32,000 bases of DNA from Schaalia meyeri (lineage in GTDB: Bacteria > Actinomycetota > Actinomycetes > Actinomycetales > Actinomycetaceae): the NCBI RefSeq assembly GCF_900105015.1, contig NZ_FNLK01000012.1, positions 210,001 through 242,000 of the forward strand. Direction: 5' to 3'. The position numbers and the translations under genes were made by a program. The notes below the pieces were generated by a model, which made no database searches, was not told the DNA's origin, and saw nothing but the letters and a program-made list of their open reading frames with translations. Below, one piece after another: positions 18,166-24,768 of this stretch. Numbering within the stretch: the first letter of the stretch is position 1; each line of letters begins with the position of its first letter.

Positions 18166-18687
18166 TCAGCAAGAGAGAAAGTCGGCATCCGGGACGCAGC
18201 TGAGGGCCTTCGCGACCGCGCGCGTGAAACGTTCATTCATGGCAGGCAGCTGGTCGGCGCGAAAGAACGAGGTCTCGGTGTTCTCCCCGTCGGCCGGGCG
18301 GGGTTGCCCGCTGACCCACTCCGCGGCGAATGCGACGTCCAGGTAGGTCGTCACGTCGCCGTTGTCGTAGGTGATGGGGCCGACGACCTCGACGGAGAGG
18401 AGTCGGCGCACGTCGATCACGACGTCGGCCTCCTCTTTGGCTTCGCGCGCGGCCGCGAGCGCCGGTTCCTCGCCGGGGTCAACGATGCCGGTGACGGGCG
18501 TCCACGCTCCGTTGTCGGAGCGGCACACGCACAGGATTTCGACGCTCTCGGGAGAAATGGGGCTCTGCCAGTCGATCGGAGCAACTCCGCTGGCGGGGCG
18601 CATGATGACGACCGTGGTGCCTGGCATCCAGAGGGGCGCGTGGCCGATGTGACGACGTAATTCGAGGACGAAATCGGGTGTTGCCAT
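18166..18687 (-). CDS. NUDIX hydrolase
   Basis: Nudix box GIVDPGEEPALAAAREAKEEADV in a 173-aa ORF. Confidence 0.8.
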   Translation of the reverse strand: MATPDFVLELRRHIGHAPLWMPGTTVVIMRPASGVAPIDWQSPISPESVEILCVCRSDNGAWTPVTGIVDPGEEPALAAAREAKEEADVVIDVRRLLSVEVVGPITYDNGDVTTYLDVAFAAEWVSGQPRPADGENTETSFFRADQLPAMNERFTRAVAKALSCVPDADFLSC

Positions 18688-18705
18688 GGGGCAAGTCTAT
18701 GCCGC

Positions 18706-20280
18706 TCACAGGAAGGATGTGATGACGGGCAGGAGCAGGATCTTCACGATGATCGCGAAGGCGAAGAGGGTCGCGTAGGCGGCCTCGATACGCTCGTCGG
18801 CGACACGGGCGTCGGCGGCTTGCAGGACGGCGGGCTGGCCGAGGAATCCGGCGATTCCTCCGGCAGCGCGCGCGGCGGAGATCCCGATGAGCTTGCTGCC
18901 GAAGGCGTGAAACAGGCAGCAGGCGAAGACCATGATGGCGGCGAGCAGGGCGGCGCGCCACCCCTCGGGGCTGCCGAGCAGAGTGGCGAACTGCGGTCCG
19001 GCGTTGAGCCCCAGGGCCGCGAGGAAGAGCATGAGGCCGATCTGGCGGATCGTCAGGTTTGCCGCGGCGGGCAGGGTCCACACGAGCGGACCGGTGCGGC
19101 GCAGGGCACCCAGGAGCATGCCGACGATGAGCGGGCCGGCGGCCGCACCCAGCTGGAAGGCCTGTCCGCCGGGGAGCGGGAAGGACACGATGCCCAGGAG
19201 CAGGCCGAGGACCATGCCGATACCGAATGCCATGCCGTCCACTTCGGCGACGCGCCGTTCGGAGTCCCCCAGCCACTGCGCGATGTCATCCAGTTCGTCC
19301 GTGGGCACCACGACGGCCACGTGGTCGCCCAGCTGCAGGTCGAGGTCGTCGCGCGCCAGCAGGTCCAGGTCGCCCCTGCGCACGCGGGTGATGACGGCAC
19401 CAAAGCGCTTGGTGACGTTCAGCTCCGACACGCTGCGCCCCGCGACGTCGGGGTTCGATACGACGATGCGCTCGAAGGCCAGGTCGGAGCGATCGTCCTC
19501 GAGGTTGTGGTCCAGGATGTCACCCACCAGGGGCGCTGTTTCCTCGATAGAAGCGGGGTCGCCCACCAGCACGACGTGGTCGCCGGGCAGCAGGTCCTCG
19601 CCGGGCGCGATGACGCGCGTGCGGCCGTCTCGACGCAGATAGGACAATCGAACGCGCTGCTCACGCCACGCGGCGATCTGGCGCGTGTTAATCGCCTTCG
19701 TCACGTGGACGCTGACCGCTTCCAAGGAGGCGCCTGCCAGGGAAGGGGTGTCCTTGGGGCCCAGCCACCGCCTCGTGACCGTGATGGTGACGACGAGGAT
19801 GCCGACGATAACGCCAATCGGGTATCCGAACGCGTAGCCGACCGCGGCGTTCGGATCCCCGGTGAGCCGCGTCGCCGTGTCCAGGGCGGGGGCCGCGGTC
19901 AGGGCTCCCGTGAACAGGCCCGAGGTCAAGCCGGAGGACAGGCCGAGCAGTCGCCCGCCGACGAGCGCAGTCAGCGCTCCCACGACACACACGATCGTGG
20001 TGAGCGCCAGGAGGTTCGTTTGTTTGCGCAGGTCGTGGAAGAACGTCGCCCCCGCAGAAATGCCAACAGAGTAGACGAAAAACGCCAGGCCCATGTGCTG
20101 GACGATGGACATGTGGGAGCTGACGACCTCGGGATGCATCGCGGAGATCGCCAGCCCGACGAAGAGCGCGCCCGCCGCGCCGAAGCGCAGGGGACCGATT
20201 CGGATGGCACCGATCGCCGCCCCCAGTGCAACGACGAGAAAGAGCGCGAGCAGGGGCGACGACGAGAAGAGATCGGCCAT
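18706..20280 (-). CDS. YidE/YbjL-type (aspartate:alanine exchanger family) transporter with two central RCK_C/TrkA_C-like domains
   Basis: Duplicated hydrophobic halves flank two soluble repeats (LPGDHVVLVGDP..., LQLGDHVAVVVP...). Start at ATG 20280 (MADLFSS...) is preceded by GAAAGG. The ORF extends to 20322. Confidence 0.7.
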   Translation of the reverse strand: MADLFSSSPLLALFLVVALGAAIGAIRIGPLRFGAAGALFVGLAISAMHPEVVSSHMSIVQHMGLAFFVYSVGISAGATFFHDLRKQTNLLALTTIVCVVGALTALVGGRLLGLSSGLTSGLFTGALTAAPALDTATRLTGDPNAAVGYAFGYPIGVIVGILVVTITVTRRWLGPKDTPSLAGASLEAVSVHVTKAINTRQIAAWREQRVRLSYLRRDGRTRVIAPGEDLLPGDHVVLVGDPASIEETAPLVGDILDHNLEDDRSDLAFERIVVSNPDVAGRSVSELNVTKRFGAVITRVRRGDLDLLARDDLDLQLGDHVAVVVPTDELDDIAQWLGDSERRVAEVDGMAFGIGMVLGLLLGIVSFPLPGGQAFQLGAAAGPLIVGMLLGALRRTGPLVWTLPAAANLTIRQIGLMLFLAALGLNAGPQFATLLGSPEGWRAALLAAIMVFACCLFHAFGSKLIGISAARAAGGIAGFLGQPAVLQAADARVADERIEAAYATLFAFAIIVKILLLPVITSFL

Positions 20281-20391
20281 GCCTTTCAGGGTACCTGTGC
20301 CCTTCCTCGGTAGCCGAGACAACCGCCCGACTCAGCGCGTTATGAAACTCACGGATTGGCTACACTGGTGCGAGAAACTGAAAGGATGGTC

Positions 20392-20928
20392 ATGTCTCAA
20401 CCAGCACCCGGATGGTATCTCGACCCCGCGGGCAGTACTCGCCTGCGCTGGTGGAACGGCGGCGCGTGGACCGACCAGTTCCAGCCCGTGCCCACGCAGC
20501 AGTCGTTCCCCCAGTCGGCCCCTCACGGCGAGGCACCCGTCCCGCCGACAAACTCGGGTGCGTCATTGGCGGAGCAGGGCGTCCGTATGCCGGCCGACCA
20601 GCAGGCACCGGCGGTCTCGTCTGACCCCTACAATCCGGTCGGCGTCTCCCCTCAGTTCACCCACGCCAGAGACGATTTTGCGGTGGAGGCGAGGCCGGGC
20701 GGCGGCGGCACAAAGCGCGGTTCGAAGTGGACAATCGGAGCGGTCGCCGCCTGGGTGGCCGTCATCGCTCTCACGGTGACCTCCCTGATCACCGCAGTGT
20801 CTTACAGGGCCAGCGGGAACGACCTGTCCGAGGCGGAGAATGAGCGCAACAACGCGCAGGTGGAACTCGACCGATCCAAGTCCGAACTCGAGGACGCTCA
20901 GCGCGAGCTCCAGGAGGCGCAACAGTGA
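20392..20928 (+). CDS. Cassette 1 protein A: DUF2510-type N-terminal motif, low-complexity linker, one TM helix, charged helical tail (178 aa)
   Basis: MSQPAPGWYLDPAGSTRLRWWNGGAWTDQF..., TM WTIGAVAAWVAVIALTVTSLITAV preceded by KRGSK, tail ...ELDRSKSELEDAQRELQEAQQ. ATG 20392 is preceded by GAAAGGA. Confidence 0.75.
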   Translation: MSQPAPGWYLDPAGSTRLRWWNGGAWTDQFQPVPTQQSFPQSAPHGEAPVPPTNSGASLAEQGVRMPADQQAPAVSSDPYNPVGVSPQFTHARDDFAVEARPGGGGTKRGSKWTIGAVAAWVAVIALTVTSLITAVSYRASGNDLSEAENERNNAQVELDRSKSELEDAQRELQEAQQ

Positions 20929-21647
20929 GCTATGTTCCCACGACGACGCCTCGGCCAACGTCCGCGTCCCCCTCTGCCGCCCCGAAGGTTTTAACGATCG
21001 TCGGTGCCCTGATCGCCGTGTGCCTGCTGGTCGCCTCGGTGGCCTTGCAGCTCGGTAGCCATTCTCACAAGCAGCAGGCCGAGCAGGCGAGGAACGAGGC
21101 TCAGTCGCTGCGCAATCAGGCTAAGGACGTCGAAACGCAGATCGCGACCGTACGCACTCAGGTTACGGAGGCCAGCAACAAGAAGCAGGCGCAGGAATGG
21201 TGTGACGGCTTCACGAGCGCCGATCCGAGCTTGGACACCATCCACAAGAACGCGAGCGCCCTGGCGTCCATGCCCCAAACGCGGCGCGATGTGATCGCCC
21301 AGATCTGCCCACAGAAGAAGGAATTCGCAGAGGGGTACAAGAAGGATTACAAGAAGAATCTCGTCACGGGGGATGTGGACTGCTCGATTTCGGGAAACAC
21401 CGTGTCCGTGACCGGACGCGTGCAGCTGTCGGCTCCCACCCTCTCAGCGCTCGGTAGCTTCGACGTGAATTTCGATATCTACATCACACGCGGCGAACCC
21501 ACTTTAGCCGACAAGCCCGCCGACCGCGTCACGGTCACCATTCCTCCGGGGGGACAGGGGACGTACTCGTCGAATGTCCCCGCCCCCTCGTTCGACGAGG
21601 CAATTTGCACGGTTCGGCCCACGGGGTTGTGGCCAAGCGGAGTCTAG
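20925..21647 (+). CDS. Cassette 1 protein B: N-terminal TM anchor, Q/A/E-rich helix, four-Cys plus beta-rich ectodomain (240 aa)
   Basis: GTG 20925 overlaps the A1 TGA, with AGGAGG 7 nt upstream. TM is VLTIVGALIAVCLLVASVALQLG. Ectodomain Cys motifs are WCDG, QICPQKK, VDCS and AICT. Confidence 0.75.
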   Translation: MSYVPTTTPRPTSASPSAAPKVLTIVGALIAVCLLVASVALQLGSHSHKQQAEQARNEAQSLRNQAKDVETQIATVRTQVTEASNKKQAQEWCDGFTSADPSLDTIHKNASALASMPQTRRDVIAQICPQKKEFAEGYKKDYKKNLVTGDVDCSISGNTVSVTGRVQLSAPTLSALGSFDVNFDIYITRGEPTLADKPADRVTVTIPPGGQGTYSSNVPAPSFDEAICTVRPTGLWPSGV

Positions 21648-21732
21648 TCCGATTGTTGCCCGCGATTCCCCGGACAACTAGACTTCCTGACCAGACCCAT
21701 GGTTTTTATACGACACGGGAGAGGGATCCACG

Positions 21733-22299
21733 ATGAGCGAACCCGCGGAAGGCTGGTACGCCGATCCCAGCGGAGCCGGACAGCTGCGCTGGTGGGACGG
21801 GCACGCCTGGACGGAGTACGTCGAATCCTACGAGGGGCAAACCCCGGCCAACGAGCCCCGCATTCCCGACGCAGGCGAGCCAGCAGCCTCATCCCGCGTT
21901 GAGGCGCAGCCCGGATTCGACCGGGAGCGAGTTTCCACGCACGATCCCGCTCGCGAGGCGAGCGCCTCGGCAGTCGCCGATCCCACACCCGAGGGGCCCT
22001 CCCCGTGGGACACGATCACGGCCTCGGTGCTCACAGGTGCGAACGCCGAGGAAACGGAAAGTGCCGAGGAGGCACCGAAACGATCCGGTGTGCTCAAGTG
22101 GGCACTCGGCTGCGCCGCCTCCTGGATGCTGGTCGCGGTCTTCATCGCGGTCCTCGTCGTCGCCTGGTCCCACCTGGGCCCCAGCGGACGCATTCACGAG
22201 GACGCAAAGAGACGCGCCGAGACAGCGCGGAGCGAACTGGACGCAGCCCAGTCCACGCTCGATGACATCAACCGTCAGATCGAGGAGGCCCAAAAGTGA
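21733..22299 (+). CDS. Cassette 2 protein A: DUF2510-type motif, linker, one TM helix, charged helical tail (188 aa)
   Basis: MSEPAEGWYADPSGAGQLRWWDGHAWTEYV..., TM ALGCAASWMLVAVFIAVLVVAW preceded by KRSGVLK, tail ...ELDAAQSTLDDINRQIEEAQK. ATG is preceded by GGGAGAGGGA. Confidence 0.75.
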   Translation: MSEPAEGWYADPSGAGQLRWWDGHAWTEYVESYEGQTPANEPRIPDAGEPAASSRVEAQPGFDRERVSTHDPAREASASAVADPTPEGPSPWDTITASVLTGANAEETESAEEAPKRSGVLKWALGCAASWMLVAVFIAVLVVAWSHLGPSGRIHEDAKRRAETARSELDAAQSTLDDINRQIEEAQK

Positions 22300-22991
22300 G
22301 CGCAGCACCCGCACCCCTGCGCGCTGCCACCGTAGCGGGCGCTATCCTTGCCGTCATCTTCATCGTCTTATCCGCCGTGGTCGGCGGTATCAACGCGTGG
22401 CGCTCCCACTCGTCCACGGTGTACGAGGCCCAGGCCACGCGTGCCCAGTCCGATAAGGCGGGGGTCGACCAGCAGATCACGGACGCGAAGGCTCGCCTGG
22501 ACGGGACGAGCGTCCGCGAGGACGCGAAGGCATGGTGCGACTCCGTCACCCGCGATTCCGCTTCCTCGATCCGCGACGCCATCAAGACCTACGATTCTGC
22601 GACTCAAGCGGTCAAGGACGCCATCCACGACGAGTGCAGCAAGAAGGAGACGCTGACAAATGCCCAGCGCGCGGCGTCGGCGTCGGACTTCACCATCACG
22701 ATGGGGGAATGCACGACCGACCAGACGACCACCACGGTCAACGGGACCTTCGCGATTAATTCGTCCAGCGCGGTTGCTTCCCTTGGTTCTCTCGACGTCA
22801 CTATCCTCGGATACACGGTGGACAAGGGTGCGAGCTTCAACTCGTCGACCCCCTACCAGGGGACCGTCAACGTGACGGTCACTCCGGGCACCTCCGTCCC
22901 ATTCACCGTGAGCATCCCCTATGATCCCGCAACCTCGGCGAACACCGAGTGCGTGGCGACCATGAACAAGTGGTGGCCCACGGACCTGTAG
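22296..22991 (+). CDS. Cassette 2 protein B: TM anchor, helical stretch, four-Cys plus beta-rich ectodomain (231 aa)
   Basis: GTG 22296 overlaps the A2 TGA, with GAGGAGG 7 nt upstream. TM is VAGAILAVIFIVLSAVVGGI. Cys motifs are WCDS, DECSKKE, GECT and TECV. Confidence 0.75.
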   Translation: MSAAPAPLRAATVAGAILAVIFIVLSAVVGGINAWRSHSSTVYEAQATRAQSDKAGVDQQITDAKARLDGTSVREDAKAWCDSVTRDSASSIRDAIKTYDSATQAVKDAIHDECSKKETLTNAQRAASASDFTITMGECTTDQTTTTVNGTFAINSSSAVASLGSLDVTILGYTVDKGASFNSSTPYQGTVNVTVTPGTSVPFTVSIPYDPATSANTECVATMNKWWPTDL

Positions 22992-23074
22992 CACGCCGGC
23001 GAGACGCGCCACTTTCCACTATTTCTCTTGTATCCTCGCATAGAATCGACGGAACTCAGCGAAAGGAGCCTCCC

Positions 23075-23464
23075 GTGAGCAATCCCGTCCAAGGCTGGTA
23101 CGCCGACCCGGCCGGAAGTACCCAACTGCGCTGGTGGGACGGCACCCAGTGGACCGATCAATACCGCGCAGAGGAGACCACGCCCCCTGGCGCCACTCCG
23201 GCGGCTGCAGCGCCGGTGGGAGCCACCCCCACGGGAGCAGCGCCCGTCCGCTTCGTCCCCATCGCGACGGTGCCCCACAGGAGGGCATCGACCGGACAGA
23301 TCCTCTTCGGAGTTCTCGCCTCGGTCATGGCCGTTGTCTTTGTTGTCAGCTCCCTGGTTACAACGATCATGTACGCGGCTTCAGTCAAAGACTACAGCCG
23401 CGCAGAAACGGAACTCATGCAGGCAAACCGTGAGCTTCAAGAGGCCCAGGAGGGCGCCAAGTGA
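23075..23464 (+). CDS. Cassette 3 protein A: DUF2510-type motif, short P/A/T linker, one TM helix, charged helical tail (129 aa)
   Basis: VSNPVQGWYADPAGSTQLRWWDGTQWTDQY..., TM ILFGVLASVMAVVFVVSSLVTTIMY preceded by HRRAS, tail ...AETELMQANRELQEAQEGAK. GTG 23075 is preceded by GAAAGGAG. The ORF extension to 22949 overlaps B2 and lacks the motif. Confidence 0.7.
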   Translation: MSNPVQGWYADPAGSTQLRWWDGTQWTDQYRAEETTPPGATPAAAAPVGATPTGAAPVRFVPIATVPHRRASTGQILFGVLASVMAVVFVVSSLVTTIMYAASVKDYSRAETELMQANRELQEAQEGAK

Positions 23465-24222
23465 GCGACCAGCACGTCCCCACGCCAACCGATCCCGCCA
23501 GGACAGACGCAGGCTCGACGAAGCCCGCCGCTGTGGGCCTTGGCGCATCCCCGCTCGACGCCCAGGCATCGAAGCCCGCAAAGAGCAAAGGCATGTCCAT
23601 CTACAACTGCGTCACTTCGATCCTCCTCATCGTGTTCCTGGCGGTCACCATCACGATGGCTGTTCTGACGCAGCAGCGCGCGTCGGCTACCCGCAACACC
23701 AGGGAAGAGGCTCGGTCCGTCCGCGAGCAGGCCGCCCAGCTGGCCGCGCCCCGCTGGTGCGAGCAGGTCACGGCCGAGCACGCCGACGCAATGGAGGAAC
23801 TCTACGATCAGTACTACGATGCCAGCACCACCGTGCGCGTCGCCATCGATAAGCAGTGCGCTAAGCGCGTCAACGCCGTCAAGCTCATCCACGCCAACCC
23901 GGCGGAAGGCAGCTTCGACACGGAAACTAACTCGTGCTCCATCTCCGAATCGGGCACAACCGCGTCCTGCACCGTCGAGGTCAAGGCGAACGACACCCTC
24001 AGGGCCAAGCTCGCCACGTTCTCGTCCACGACGGTAACGCTTAAGATGTGGTTCGACCATCGAAAGATGTTCGTCGCCAATCCCGACAAGGAGATCGAGA
24101 ACGTCGCCACCGTGACGCTCGACTCCACCGGCATGGCCACTGTCGACTTCGAGGTCCCGTACGATTCGAGCTGGGGCGAATACTACGGGCTCGGGGTATC
24201 CTCGTTCTTCCCGAACGAGTAG
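23461..24222 (+). CDS. Cassette 3 protein B: longer N-terminus, TM anchor, helical stretch, four-Cys plus beta-rich ectodomain (253 aa, most diverged copy)
   Basis: GTG 23461 overlaps the A3 TGA, with AGGAGG 7 nt upstream. TM is IYNCVTSILLIVFLAVTITMAVL preceded by KPAKSKG. Cys motifs are WCEQ, KQCAKR, NSCS and ASCT. Confidence 0.75.
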   Translation: MSDQHVPTPTDPARTDAGSTKPAAVGLGASPLDAQASKPAKSKGMSIYNCVTSILLIVFLAVTITMAVLTQQRASATRNTREEARSVREQAAQLAAPRWCEQVTAEHADAMEELYDQYYDASTTVRVAIDKQCAKRVNAVKLIHANPAEGSFDTETNSCSISESGTTASCTVEVKANDTLRAKLATFSSTTVTLKMWFDHRKMFVANPDKEIENVATVTLDSTGMATVDFEVPYDSSWGEYYGLGVSSFFPNE

Positions 24223-24331
24223 TCCTGTCAGCCTTTAGCGGAGCCCCATCTCTCCGCGTGTGCAGCGGCCCCGCCGCCTCGGCGCATACGCCCGCGCCAC
24301 TGCGATGCCGAGTGCGGATCACCCCTTTTGC

Positions 24332-24754
24332 TCAGTAGTGCTCGTGGGAGTCGTACCCGCGCAGCCGGTCCAGCTCCCGGCGTTCCTTTTTCGTGGGGCG
24401 CCCACTCCCCTTGGCTCGTACGGCGACGGGAATGTGGACGCGGGGGCGCTCCGGCGTGCGATCCTCGTAGGCGGTGCGCGCCTGCGGGTAGGACACGCGC
24501 TTGACCAGCAGCAGGACGACCCCGAGGATGCGGTCGAAACCCTCGACACGCAGGCGCACCTCGTCTCCGACGCGCAGCTTGTACGCGGCCTTGACTGTTT
24601 CGCCGTTGACGCACACGCGCCCCGCGCGGGCGGCCGCCGTGGCTTGGGAGCGCGATTTCAGCTGGCGGGTCGCCCACAGCCAGGTATCGACGCGCACGCC
24701 CGCCGACGCGAGTGCACCGGCGGGGATCGTAACGGCTTTAGGGGTGTCACTCAT
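24332..24754 (-). CDS. RNA-binding S4 domain protein (Hsp15/HslR-like)
   Basis: S4 motif VRVDTWLWATRQLKSRSQATAAARAGRVCVNGETVKAAYKLRVGDEV. Start at ATG 24754 (MSDTPKAV...), 14 nt after the permease stop. The upstream ORF extension to 25012 overlaps the permease gene. Confidence 0.75.
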   Translation of the reverse strand: MSDTPKAVTIPAGALASAGVRVDTWLWATRQLKSRSQATAAARAGRVCVNGETVKAAYKLRVGDEVRLRVEGFDRILGVVLLLVKRVSYPQARTAYEDRTPERPRVHIPVAVRAKGSGRPTKKERRELDRLRGYDSHEHY

Positions 24755-24768
24755 CGGCGCGCACACGG

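Larger units (their letters stand above)
20392..24222 (+). repeat. Tandem array of three diverged A/B two-gene cassettes (period 1341 and 1342 nt)
   Basis: The shared 17-mer CTGCGCTGGTGGRACGG occurs at 20443, 21784 and 23126. The same domain order and the same AGGAGG-N7-GTGA junction occur in each unit. Confidence 0.85.

Noticed and set aside
18820-20313. 497-aa plus-strand ORF (and 18479-19276 minus-strand alternative frame) overlapping the transporter gene
   Set aside because: Both are arginine/glycine/aspartate-rich with no hydrophobic or domain structure. The 18706-20280 frame gives a coherent duplicated transporter.
20356-20391. Upstream TTG/ATG starts for cassette protein A1 (ORF from 20356)
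   Set aside because: ATG 20392 has the GAAAGGA RBS. It places the GWY motif at the same distance from the N-terminus as in A2 and A3.
22368-23012. 214-aa minus-strand ORF antisense to B2
   Set aside because: It is an R/G/V-rich shadow ORF. The plus-strand frame is supported by paralogy with B1 and B3 and by the coupled SD-GTG junction.
20281-24331. Mobile-element boundaries (direct repeats, att-like sites, integrase, tRNA) around the cassette array
   Set aside because: I could not find any by eye. The accessory-island idea therefore rests only on the strand switch, local composition and paralogy.
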